A stretch of 64,000 bases of DNA from Fimbriimonadia bacterium (GTDB lineage Bacteria > Armatimonadota > Fimbriimonadia > Fimbriimonadales > JABRVX01): contig JBGPGO010000005.1 of NCBI GenBank assembly GCA_041483895.1, positions 64,001 to 128,000 of the forward strand, given 5' to 3'. The notes below the pieces were generated by a model, which did not search any database, had not been told where the DNA came from, and saw only the letters and a list, made by a program, of their open reading frames with translations. Positions within the stretch are counted from its first letter, which is position 1; each line of letters starts with the position of its first letter. Positions 26,582 through 35,814 of this stretch are shown piece by piece. Both the position numbers and the translations under genes were made by a program.

Positions 26582-28963
26582 ATGGCAATACGGATTAGCT
26601 CCCTCATCGCGCTCGGTGTCATATTAATCGTCTGTTTTCTCGTTGCCGCGACCACCAAAGTCGAGCCCCGGCCCGGGAAAATGACCGACGGCCGCATGCT
26701 GCTGCCAAACGGTTGGATCATCTCCCCGGTGGGCAGGGCCGTGGAATTGGACGTCGGGTCGCTGACGATGGCGCAGTCCAAGGACGGGCAGACGGTCGCG
26801 GTGCTCAACTGCGGCGCTTCCAGGCATTCGGTCTCGATTCTCGATGTGGCGAGCGAAAAGGTGCTCGAGACCGTGCCCGTCCAACACGCCTGGATCGGCA
26901 TTGCCTTCCATCCAAGCCAGAAGCGGGTTTTTGTGAGCGGTGGGACGACCGGTCAGGTATGGGATATTCCGCTTCGAGGCGGCGGCGAAAAGAGACCGCC
27001 CATTTCGCTTGGCGCCAAAGTTTTCGTCACGGGTGTTGCGGTTTCGCCGAACGGCAACTCGCTCTTTGCCGGAACGATGGACACGGGCGAACTGTACAAG
27101 GTTGATCTTTCCAACAACCGCGTAGCCGAGGTCGCGACGACGCTCGGCAAAGTGTACGGCCTTCTCGTGTCGCCCGACAATGAGACCCTCTATGTAAGCG
27201 ATTGGCTGCGGTCGCGGGTTCTTGTCTACAACGCCACGGACCTGTCCCGGCGCGGATCCATACCCGTGGGACCGCACCCGACGGAGATGGCGTTGGGCAA
27301 GGATGGCAGGCTGTGGGTGACCTGCGCCGCCGACGCGACGGTCTATGCCATCGATCCCAAAGCAATGCGAGTGACCGAGAGCGTGAAAGTGAGCGTGCAT
27401 CCCAACGCCCCGGAGGGCAGCGCGCCGGCATCGCTCGCGCTCACCTCGGACGGCAAAAAGCTGTACGTGGCGGTCGCGGACAACAATTGCGTCGCCTGCG
27501 TGGATGTTTCCAAGCCAGGCCACGCCCGGTTGGAAGGGTTCATTCCCACCGGTTGGTATACCAGCGCGGTGCGAGTCAGCCCGGACGGCAAGAAAATCAT
27601 GTCGGTCGCCAGCAAAGGGAGCACCGCAAAGTCGAATGCCGACAAGTCCTACATCGGGCGCATCCTGAAGGGGCAGATCTATTTCACCGACACTCCTTCG
27701 CCAGCCGTACTGGCGCAGATGACCCAGCAAGTGATCGCCAACAGCCCCTATCGGGACGAGTTGCTTAAAGCGGCGGTTAATAGGGATGGCAGCCTGTTGC
27801 CCAATCGTCCCGGCGACAAGAGTCCCATCAAGTACGTGATCTATATTATTAAAGAGAATCGGACCTTCGATCAGGTTTTGGGCGATATGCCGAACTGCGA
27901 AGCCGACACGTCCCTCTGCATTTTTGGGGATAAGATCACTCCGAATCAGCACAAGCTGTCACGCGATTTTGTGCTGCTGGACAACTTCTATGTGGATGCC
28001 GAGGTCAGCGCGGACGGGCACAACTGGTCCACGGCCGCCTATGCCAACGATTACGTGGAAAAAGCTTGGCCGTACAACTATGGCGGGCACGGCGGCAGCT
28101 ATGACTTCGAGGGCGAGAACCCCCTTTCTCGTCCAGTCGCGGGCTATCTTTGGGACACGGTCAATCGTGCGGGATTAACCTATCGATCCTACGGCGAGTT
28201 CTTGGCGGAGGAAGAGGATGACCCCAACACGCCCAACGACGGCGTGGTTGCGGGCCTAAAGGGTCACGTTTCGCCGGATTATCCCGGTTGGGACACGAGC
28301 ATTTCCGACATGACGCGATTCAACATCTGGATCAAGGAGTTCCGGGGATTCGAACAAAAGGGCGAGATGCCTCGACTGCAGATCGTGCGCTTCCCGCAAG
28401 ACCATACTTCGGGGACCTCGCCGGGGGCCTGGACGCCGAACGCGATGGTGGCGGACAACGACTTGGCGGTCGGGAAACTGGTCGGGGCCGTATCGCATAG
28501 CAAATTCTGGAAAGAGACCGCCATTTTCATTTTGGAAGACGACGCGCAGGGCGGGCCGGACCATGTGGATGCGCACCGCAGCACTTGCTACGTCGCAAGC
28601 CCCTACACCCGCTTCGGCGCGACCGATTCCAACTTTTACACCACCTGTTCGGTCATTCGCACCATCGAGCTTCTCTTGGGCGCGCAGCCGCTCAACCAGT
28701 ACGATGCCGCGGCCCGGCCGATGTATTCCCTGTTCCGGGGGAGGCCCAATCTGACGCCGTTCGATGCCGTTGTGAACCAGGTCCCGATTGATGAGCGCAA
28801 CCCGAAGCAGGCGGTGATGGCGGCGGAGTCTCTTTCGCTGAACTTCAAACAGTGCGACGCCATCGACGACATGACGCTCAACCGCATCCTCTGGGCGGCG
28901 GCAAAGGGGCCGAACACCCCCTATCCGACGGTCAATCACACGTCTGCGGGTCTATTCAGATAG
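26582..28963 (+). CDS. YncE-like beta-propeller / phosphoesterase (alkaline-phosphatase superfamily) protein
   Basis: Signal peptide; YVTN-like repeats; IKYVIYIIKENRTFDQVLGD, EVSADGHNW, EDDAQGGPDHVDAHRS. Confidence 0.9.
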   Translation: MAIRISSLIALGVILIVCFLVAATTKVEPRPGKMTDGRMLLPNGWIISPVGRAVELDVGSLTMAQSKDGQTVAVLNCGASRHSVSILDVASEKVLETVPVQHAWIGIAFHPSQKRVFVSGGTTGQVWDIPLRGGGEKRPPISLGAKVFVTGVAVSPNGNSLFAGTMDTGELYKVDLSNNRVAEVATTLGKVYGLLVSPDNETLYVSDWLRSRVLVYNATDLSRRGSIPVGPHPTEMALGKDGRLWVTCAADATVYAIDPKAMRVTESVKVSVHPNAPEGSAPASLALTSDGKKLYVAVADNNCVACVDVSKPGHARLEGFIPTGWYTSAVRVSPDGKKIMSVASKGSTAKSNADKSYIGRILKGQIYFTDTPSPAVLAQMTQQVIANSPYRDELLKAAVNRDGSLLPNRPGDKSPIKYVIYIIKENRTFDQVLGDMPNCEADTSLCIFGDKITPNQHKLSRDFVLLDNFYVDAEVSADGHNWSTAAYANDYVEKAWPYNYGGHGGSYDFEGENPLSRPVAGYLWDTVNRAGLTYRSYGEFLAEEEDDPNTPNDGVVAGLKGHVSPDYPGWDTSISDMTRFNIWIKEFRGFEQKGEMPRLQIVRFPQDHTSGTSPGAWTPNAMVADNDLAVGKLVGAVSHSKFWKETAIFILEDDAQGGPDHVDAHRSTCYVASPYTRFGATDSNFYTTCSVIRTIELLLGAQPLNQYDAAARPMYSLFRGRPNLTPFDAVVNQVPIDERNPKQAVMAAESLSLNFKQCDAIDDMTLNRILWAAAKGPNTPYPTVNHTSAGLFR

Positions 28964-28970
28964 CCGAAAG

Positions 28971-29804
28971 CTACTGCAAATCCCAAAGATAGGCATCGGG
29001 ATCGGTAATAAATCCTTTCCATGCGTCTTGCACATCACAACCGGCGGCAAGTTGCTTGATGGTCAGCGAGGCCGTGTGCCCATCAACGAATATCACGTTT
29101 ACGGTAGGACCGTTGTCATTATGCCAGGGCCAGCAGCCGCCGTAAACGTTCCATGCAAGCAGCTTGCTCGGATTCCACCCGCCTGTCCACCACAAGTTGG
29201 TCCCCGGCGTCGGAAAACTGTCCGATCCATCCGTGTATATCCGTGCGGGCGGATCCACGAACCCCGTTCCCCCACCCTCTGGATCACCCGTCAGCAGATT
29301 TCGTTCCCAAATGGAATCGACGAACATCAGCATCTTGTCTTGATTCGTAATCGTCGTCAGAACCGCTCCGATCGTTTCCGTCGACGGCGCGCGAAGATAT
29401 TGCCAGTTGTATCCGCGGTCGGCACGGATGGCATAGGAGCGAAACATTTGATCGATTGTCACCGCCTTGGCACCTGACGCGCAGTACCCGAGTGACGCAC
29501 TCCCGCCGTTCGGATCGGACGGACATCGATATGGGACTACGGAACCCAGGTACGGCTCAACATAGTACTCCGTGGCGGTATTGACGCACCCGCTCCCATT
29601 GACGACCGTGAAGGCCAGACGGTTGTCATAGTCTCCAGCGTAGGCCGTGGCCGCTTCCGCCATCTGCATGTTGCGTGTGAGGCAATCCGTAGACATTCGG
29701 TGCGGTATCGCCGCGCGAATGCCAAAGGCCATCGTACCGAAAATCATCGCCGTCGCGGCCAAACCGACGATGTCCTGAACCGATCGACTGCTTTTCCACT
29801 CCAT
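28971..29804 (-). CDS. Prepilin/DUF1559-like protein with degenerate N-terminal motif
   Basis: CL..NM.QMA.A..AYAGDYD, YRCPSD, GYNWQYL, WH..VNVIFVDGH; lacks FTLIE. Confidence 0.7.
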   Translation of the reverse strand: MEWKSSRSVQDIVGLAATAMIFGTMAFGIRAAIPHRMSTDCLTRNMQMAEAATAYAGDYDNRLAFTVVNGSGCVNTATEYYVEPYLGSVVPYRCPSDPNGGSASLGYCASGAKAVTIDQMFRSYAIRADRGYNWQYLRAPSTETIGAVLTTITNQDKMLMFVDSIWERNLLTGDPEGGGTGFVDPPARIYTDGSDSFPTPGTNLWWTGGWNPSKLLAWNVYGGCWPWHNDNGPTVNVIFVDGHTASLTIKQLAAGCDVQDAWKGFITDPDAYLWDLQ

Positions 29805-30336
29805 CGTTCTCAACTCCCTTTCCTGAGGTCGCTCCTGCTTTTCTCTACCCAGTTAGCAAAGACTACCATCAAATCCGATTCTATTCAAATCCGATCACCC
29901 AGGCACAAATCCAAGCGTTATTACCAGTCCCATCCCATGCCTCGACCGCTCCTGCTGTCGAGGCTCCTTGTGCTACAAACCAAGCAATTCCATGACTCAA
30001 TTGGTCCGCCTGTTGAGGCTCGTCGGGCAACCAGTCTGGTGAAAAGTTTTAACGCCAATGCGCCAACTTGGGCGGCGATGGAGGCATAGCGAAAACTAGC
30101 CATCTGTGCATCTTGCACCATTTTGCCCTCTCTCGCAACTGACCCACAGCGTCAACAGGAGGACCTGTCGAGGCATTGGATTTGGAGAATCGGTTTCTGC
30201 GCCTGCTAGGTCGAGCGGAATGCGTTCTCTGATTCCCATCCATTCATCAGCTCCTGGGGTAGCGCCATGCAGCAATATCCGGCCAGAAGTATGATATGAT
30301 GACTCCAGATTCCGCTGAATCAAGACATGCGGAGGG

Positions 30337-32130
30337 GTGATGAAGAAAGTCTGGCCGACGTCGGTGGGTAGAGATCGGCAAGCATTACCGTGCCTTCGAA
30401 TCCTATGGGCGGTCATTGCTGGCGCCTTATTCGCATGCTGCTTGGGCCAACCTGGAACCACCACGCGCGTCTCGGTCGGGACCGCTGGACTGCAAGGGAA
30501 TGGGCGCAGTGAAGGGGCTTCCATCAGCGCGGATGGTCGATATGTGGCGTTTCAGAGCAGCGCCTCCAACTTAATCCCCGTCGACACGAATGGCGCCACC
30601 GATATCTTCGTCCGAGACCGGCTGACCGGTGAGACATCGTGCGTTTCAGTCACTTCCTTGGGAAACCAGGGGAACGACGTAAGCTATTTTCCCTCCATTA
30701 GCGGCGACGGGAGATTTGTGGCGTTCCAAAGTTACGCTACCAATTTGATCCCCGGCGATACGAATGGCTTCGATGATATTTTCGTTCACGACCGGGCGAC
30801 CGGGGAGACAACGAACGTTTCAGTCTCTTCCTCGGGGGAGCAGGGAAACAACGCGAGTGTTGGGGCCGCCATCAGTTTGGACGGACGATATGTGGTGTTC
30901 AAAAGTCACGCCTCCAACTTGGTCCCGGGCCACACAAACGGCGCTTGGGACATCTTCGTTCACGACCGACAAACGGGTGAGACATCGCGTGTTTCGGTCT
31001 CCTCGTCTGGGGATCAAGGCGACAATGGGAGCGAATGGCCATCGATCAGCGCCGACGGCAGATACATCGCGTTTGACAGTTATGCTTCCAACTTAGTCCC
31101 AGATGACACGAACGGGCATGTCGACACTTTTGTGCGCGACAGGCAGACGGGCGAGACATCGCGCGTCTCTGTCTCCTCTGCCGGTCAACAAGGAAATCCG
31201 GTCCAGGGCAGCGATAGCGAAGGCACGTCCATTAGCGCAGACGGGCGGTATGTCGCGTTTGTTAGCTATGCCGCCGAATTGGTTCCGGGTGATTCGAACG
31301 GCTTTGTTGACGTCTTCGTGCACGACCGGCAGACGGGGCAGACATCGCTGGTGTCCGTCGCTTCCACTGCGCAGCAGAGTAACAACTGGAGCGTTCAGCC
31401 CTCTATCAGCGCAGATGGCAGATATGTGGCGTTCCAAAGCTACGCTTCCAACTTGGCCCCTGGCGACACGAACGGCACGTGGGACCTATTTGTCCATGAT
31501 CGAGTAACGGGCAAGACCTCGCGCGTTTCGGTTTCATCCTCTGGTCAGCAACAGCAGGGGAACGGGGGCAGCCTTCGAGCCTCTATCAGCGCCGACGGTC
31601 GATACGTCGTGTTTGATAGCCATGGCCTCCACTTGGTCCCGGACGACACAAATGATTCCAATGATGTGTTTGTTCACGAGATTGGCCCCGAAATTACGGT
31701 TAGCGGCCGAGTCACGTTTACAATGCTGGATATCTCGGCCGTTCCTCCAAGCACTGCTGAGTTTACAACTCGGGATGGACAAACCAAAGAACTGATCGGG
31801 AGCGTCGAAGCATACTTAGACTCCTTCGCCAATTTCATATTCTATGCGCCAGACAGCCCAGGGTCCTATGAATTGACCTGCAAAAGGACGCACTGGCTGC
31901 GCGCAGCAAAGCTGTTCGATACTACAAACGGCGATGCTTCGGGGCTGGTTGTCGAATTGGAGAACGGCGACGCGAACGAGGACAACCGGGTAGACCTTTT
32001 GGACCTCAACTGGGTGTTCCTGACGTTCGCCGGACCTGGACCGCTGGGGGATCTCGATGAAGATGGTATGGTCACCCTCACCGATTTGAACACTGTTCTG
32101 GTCTTGTTTGGCACTGTGGGGGACGAATAG
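30337..32130 (+). CDS. Secreted PD40/TolB-like beta-propeller protein with C-terminal Ig-like + dockerin-like module
   Basis: Seven near-perfect repeats (SISADGRYVAF.S.ASNL.P.DTNG..D.FV.DR.TG.TS.VSVSS.G.QG); THWLR...NGDANEDN...DLDEDG...FGTVGDE. Confidence 0.9.
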   Translation: MMKKVWPTSVGRDRQALPCLRILWAVIAGALFACCLGQPGTTTRVSVGTAGLQGNGRSEGASISADGRYVAFQSSASNLIPVDTNGATDIFVRDRLTGETSCVSVTSLGNQGNDVSYFPSISGDGRFVAFQSYATNLIPGDTNGFDDIFVHDRATGETTNVSVSSSGEQGNNASVGAAISLDGRYVVFKSHASNLVPGHTNGAWDIFVHDRQTGETSRVSVSSSGDQGDNGSEWPSISADGRYIAFDSYASNLVPDDTNGHVDTFVRDRQTGETSRVSVSSAGQQGNPVQGSDSEGTSISADGRYVAFVSYAAELVPGDSNGFVDVFVHDRQTGQTSLVSVASTAQQSNNWSVQPSISADGRYVAFQSYASNLAPGDTNGTWDLFVHDRVTGKTSRVSVSSSGQQQQGNGGSLRASISADGRYVVFDSHGLHLVPDDTNDSNDVFVHEIGPEITVSGRVTFTMLDISAVPPSTAEFTTRDGQTKELIGSVEAYLDSFANFIFYAPDSPGSYELTCKRTHWLRAAKLFDTTNGDASGLVVELENGDANEDNRVDLLDLNWVFLTFAGPGPLGDLDEDGMVTLTDLNTVLVLFGTVGDE

Positions 32131-32325
32131 TACACCTTCGGTCCGTGCAATCTCGCAACAACAATCACTGAACGGTCGTCCGAGACTGAATTGCATCACG
32201 AACCACGCTCGTAATGCCGATATTCACCTCCACCCCGATGTATCCAGATGGAGGCATAGGCCCAAGGCATCGCCAAAGCCAATTCCAGACACATTTCTCG
32301 ATTAAATAGGCCCTTCGTCTTAACA

Positions 32326-32357
32326 CACTTGACAATATGACACTCAAGTGCCATGAT
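32326..32357 (+). promoter_or_regulatory. dnaK promoter with HAIR-like HspR operator
   Basis: CTTGACA-N7-ACTCAAG (consensus CTTGAGT-N7-ACTCAAG) overlapping -35 TTGACA; CATGAT 17 nt downstream; hspR in the same operon. Confidence 0.75.
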
Positions 32358-32405
32358 ATACGTACACTAATATGAGCCGCAAAGAAGAGGCTCGGAGGTT
32401 TTCGT

Positions 32406-34310
32406 ATGGGCAAAGCAGTTGGAATCGACCTCGGCACCACAAATTCGGTCGTCGCGGTCATGGAAGGGGGAGACCCCACAGTCATCAGCACGGCGGAAGG
32501 CGGGCGATTGACCCCGTCCGTTGTCGGTTTTAAGAAGAACGGGGAGCGGCTCGTCGGCGTCACCGCCAAGCGCCAGGCGGTCGTGAACCCGGAAAACACG
32601 GTCTATTCCGCCAAGCGCTTTATCGGCCGGCGACTGGACGAGGTGCCGGACGAGAGCAAGATCGTTCCCTTTAAGGTCAAGAAAGACAAGAAGGGCATGG
32701 CGGTGTTCGAGATCCCGGCTGTGGAGAAAGAGTTCGGCCCGGTCGAGATTTCGGCCATGATTCTTGGCAAGCTGAAGGCTGACGCGGAGGCCTATCTCGG
32801 CTCAACGGTCACGGAGGCCGTCATCACGGTCCCAGCCTATTTCAACGACGCGCAGCGCACCGCCACGAAGCAGGCCGGCGAGGTCGCGGGGCTCAAGGTG
32901 CTCCGAATCATCAACGAGCCGACCGCGGCGGCGCTCGCATACGGTCTTGATAAAAAGGGCAACGAGACGGTCTTGGTTTTCGACCTTGGCGGCGGAACGT
33001 TCGACGTCTCCATTTTGGACGTTGGCGAGGGGGTTTTCGAAGTCAAATCGACCGCAGGAGACTCGCACCTTGGTGGCGACGACTATGACGACCGAATCGT
33101 GCAGCATGTGGTCAAGGAGTTCAAGAAAGACAGCGGCGTGGACCTGCTGCAGCAGGCGGACGCATTGCAGCGCGTTCGCGAGGCGGCGGAGAAGGCCAAG
33201 ATCGAGCTGTCCAGCCAAGTGACGACCAATATCAGCTTGCCCTACATCACCGCGATCGACAACCAGCCGAAGCACTTGGAAATGACGTTGACGCGGGCGC
33301 AGTTCGAGGGCCTCTGCAAAGACCTGATGGACCGGGTGAAGAAGCCGTTCTTCCAGGCGCTGGAGGACGCGAAGCTGAAGCCGTCAGATATCAATGAAGT
33401 GATCCTGGTCGGTGGTTCGACACGCATGCCGATGGTGCAGGAATTGGTCCGCGAGCTCGGCGGCAAAGAGCCGAACAAGAGCGTCAATCCCGACGAAGTG
33501 GTTGCGCTCGGCGCGGCGATCCAGGCGGGTGTCCTAAGCGGCGACGTGAAGGGCATCGTCTTGCTGGACGTGACTCCACTCTCCCTCGGCGTCGAGACGT
33601 TGGGCGGAATCACGGACATCCTGATCGAGCGCAACACAACCATCCCGACGAAGAAGCAGCGGACCTACACGACCGCACAGGACGGACAGACCGAGGTCGA
33701 GATCCATGTCCTGCAAGGGGAGCGCACGCGGGCATCCGACAACAAGTCGCTGGGCCACTTCCGATTGGCCGGCATTCCTCCCGCGCCGCGCAACGTCCCG
33801 CAGATCGAAGTGACGTTCGACATCGACGCGAACGGGATTCTGAATGTGACGGCAAAGGATACCGCCACGCAAAAGCAGCAGGCGATCACCATAACCGGCG
33901 CCGGAAGCCTCAACAAAGAGGAGATCGAGCGCATGGTGAAAGAGTCCGAGCAGTTCGCGGATGCGGACAATGAGCTGCGCGAAAACGCTGAGGTCTACAA
34001 CAAGGCCGACGCCTTGACCTACAACGTCGAAAAGACGCTGGGTGATCTCGGCGACAAAGTGAGCGAGTCGGAAAAGAACGAGTTGATGGACAAGGTCGTG
34101 GGACTGCGAAAATCAGTCCAGGAGCAGGACATTGAAACGGTCAAGCTGCAGCACAAAGAGCTGGAGCAAGAGTTCTTCAAGCTGTCCGAGCAACTGTACA
34201 AGAACGCGGGCGAAACCGAGTCCGAAGAACCGCGGGAGACCGCGGGCACGGCGGCAGGCACTGGATCGGGTAACGACGACGTCATTGACGCCGAATTCAA
34301 ACAGGAATAA
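32406..34310 (+). CDS. dnaK: Chaperone DnaK (Hsp70)
   Basis: [35 protein letters not shown]. Confidence 0.99.
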   Translation: MGKAVGIDLGTTNSVVAVMEGGDPTVISTAEGGRLTPSVVGFKKNGERLVGVTAKRQAVVNPENTVYSAKRFIGRRLDEVPDESKIVPFKVKKDKKGMAVFEIPAVEKEFGPVEISAMILGKLKADAEAYLGSTVTEAVITVPAYFNDAQRTATKQAGEVAGLKVLRIINEPTAAALAYGLDKKGNETVLVFDLGGGTFDVSILDVGEGVFEVKSTAGDSHLGGDDYDDRIVQHVVKEFKKDSGVDLLQQADALQRVREAAEKAKIELSSQVTTNISLPYITAIDNQPKHLEMTLTRAQFEGLCKDLMDRVKKPFFQALEDAKLKPSDINEVILVGGSTRMPMVQELVRELGGKEPNKSVNPDEVVALGAAIQAGVLSGDVKGIVLLDVTPLSLGVETLGGITDILIERNTTIPTKKQRTYTTAQDGQTEVEIHVLQGERTRASDNKSLGHFRLAGIPPAPRNVPQIEVTFDIDANGILNVTAKDTATQKQQAITITGAGSLNKEEIERMVKESEQFADADNELRENAEVYNKADALTYNVEKTLGDLGDKVSESEKNELMDKVVGLRKSVQEQDIETVKLQHKELEQEFFKLSEQLYKNAGETESEEPRETAGTAAGTGSGNDDVIDAEFKQE

Positions 34311-34320
34311 ATCCATTCTC

Positions 34321-34485
34321 TAACCCTCCCCCGCTCGCGGGGGAGGGTTAGAGCCTGCGCTGAGCTTGTCGAAGGGGTGGGGGTTCTGAGGACCTTCACA
34401 GTGCGACTGTGAAGGGATAGGGAATATTTCATTGACGATCGCAACGTCATGAACAACATCCCTTCACAGTCGCACTGTGAAGAGG
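34321..34485. repeat. Composite cluster of palindromic repeats in the dnaK-dnaJ spacer
   Basis: ccctcccccgctcgcgggggaggg hairpin, embedded ctgagcttgtcgaagg motif, two inverted CTTCACAGTGCGACTGTGAAG copies (34393, 34461). Confidence 0.8.
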
Positions 34486-34496
34486 CAAACATCAAA

Positions 34497-35375
34497 ATGC
34501 CGACAAAAGACTACTACAAGATCCTAGGCGTCGAAAAGGGCGCAAACGAGAAAGACATCAAGGCGGCCTATCGAAAAAAGGCGCGCCAGTGGCACCCGGA
34601 TGTCAACCCCGGCAATAACGAGGCCGAGGAGCGCTTCAAGGAGATCAGCGAAGCGTACGAGGTGCTCTCGGATGATAAGAAACGTCGGCAATACGATATG
34701 TTCGGCACAGTGGGTCAGGGCGGCGGCCCCAATTTCCAGGAGGGCTTCCAGACAATTCATTTCGACCTGAACGATATCTTCGGCAACTTCTTCGGCGGTG
34801 GCGGCGTTCAGACCGGCCCGCGAATGCACCCTCCGCAAAATCTCGAATACGAGATGGACATAACACTCGAAGAGGCGTTCGCCGGCGTCGAAAAGTCCCT
34901 CACGCTGGCGGTGGAGGAGTTGGGCGAGAACGGCACGCCGATGCAGACGACGCGCAAGGTGAAAGTGAAGATTCCGGCAGGGATCGGCGAAGGTCAGCGA
35001 GTGCGTGTGGCGGGCCAAGGCATCGCGGGTTCGTCCGGCCGGCGCGGCGATCTGATGGTCAACATCCATATCCTGCCGCACAAACGTTTTACGCGGGAAG
35101 GCGACAACCTAATTGTCAGCCTGCCCGTTTTTTTCACGGTCGCGGCGCTTGGCGGCAAAGCGGATGTCCCGACCCTAGGTAAATCGGTGAAGATGACGGT
35201 GCCTCCGGGCACCCAGACCGATCAGAAGTTTCGGCTCCGCGGAGAAGGCATGCCAAGAATTCGTGGCGGTGGGCGGGGAGATCTGTATGCCGTCGCGAAG
35301 ATCACGGTGCCGAAACAGATAAGTCCTAAACAGCGAGAGCTGTTGGCGCAGCTCGCCGATATGGGTGAGAAGTGA
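34497..35375 (+). CDS. dnaJ: Class II J-domain co-chaperone (DnaJ/CbpA-like, no zinc finger)
   Basis: [12 protein letters not shown] motif, G/F region, C-terminal domain; no CxxCxGxG repeats. Confidence 0.9.
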   Translation: MPTKDYYKILGVEKGANEKDIKAAYRKKARQWHPDVNPGNNEAEERFKEISEAYEVLSDDKKRRQYDMFGTVGQGGGPNFQEGFQTIHFDLNDIFGNFFGGGGVQTGPRMHPPQNLEYEMDITLEEAFAGVEKSLTLAVEELGENGTPMQTTRKVKVKIPAGIGEGQRVRVAGQGIAGSSGRRGDLMVNIHILPHKRFTREGDNLIVSLPVFFTVAALGGKADVPTLGKSVKMTVPPGTQTDQKFRLRGEGMPRIRGGGRGDLYAVAKITVPKQISPKQRELLAQLADMGEK

Positions 35376-35767
35376 GACGCGACGAACCGGTCTATCCGAT
35401 GAGCGTTGCGGCTAAGCTGTGCGGCGTGCATCCGCAGACTTTGCGAATGTACGAGCGCGAGGGGCTGGTCAAGCCGGAGCGCGTTTCGGAGAAAAACCGC
35501 ATGTACAGCCAGGCCGATATCGACCGGGTGTTGCGCATCCAGCGGCTGACGCAGGCGCTCGGTGTCAACCTGGCGGGCGTGGAGATTATCTTGCGGTTGT
35601 TGGACGAGATGGCGGAGATGCAGCAGGATTTTGAGGAGCAGTTCATGGAATTGCAGCATGAGGTGGAGATCCGCTTCGCGGCGATCCTAAAGAACAGCAA
35701 GGCGCCGGTTCCTACAACCCGCAAGCCTCTTTTGCGGTTCCGCCGGGATCGCAAGATCGACATCTAG
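35372..35767 (+). CDS. hspR: Heat-shock repressor HspR (MerR family)
   Basis: [27 protein letters not shown]...[12 protein letters not shown]; follows dnaK-dnaJ. Confidence 0.9.
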   Translation: MRRDEPVYPMSVAAKLCGVHPQTLRMYEREGLVKPERVSEKNRMYSQADIDRVLRIQRLTQALGVNLAGVEIILRLLDEMAEMQQDFEEQFMELQHEVEIRFAAILKNSKAPVPTTRKPLLRFRRDRKIDI

Positions 35768-35814
35768 CACCACGACCAACCGAATCGCCGGATATGTCCG
35801 ATGCGTCCAAGGGC

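Noticed and set aside
26624..27952. 442-aa minus-strand ORF
   Set aside because: Antisense shadow of the YncE/phosphoesterase gene, expected from GC-rich codon bias
30460..31680. Regular ~170-bp DNA repeats as a possible CRISPR array or DGR template
   Set aside because: They are in-frame coding propeller blades with synonymous variation; no spacers, cas genes or reverse transcriptase
32131..32325. Possible small ORF, tRNA or CIRCE element upstream of dnaK
   Set aside because: No cloverleaf, no TTAGCACTC-N9-GAGTGCTAA, and no convincing ORF
34449..34496. N-terminal extension of DnaJ from ATG 34449
   Set aside because: Encoded by the palindromic repeat; the J-domain starts at 34497
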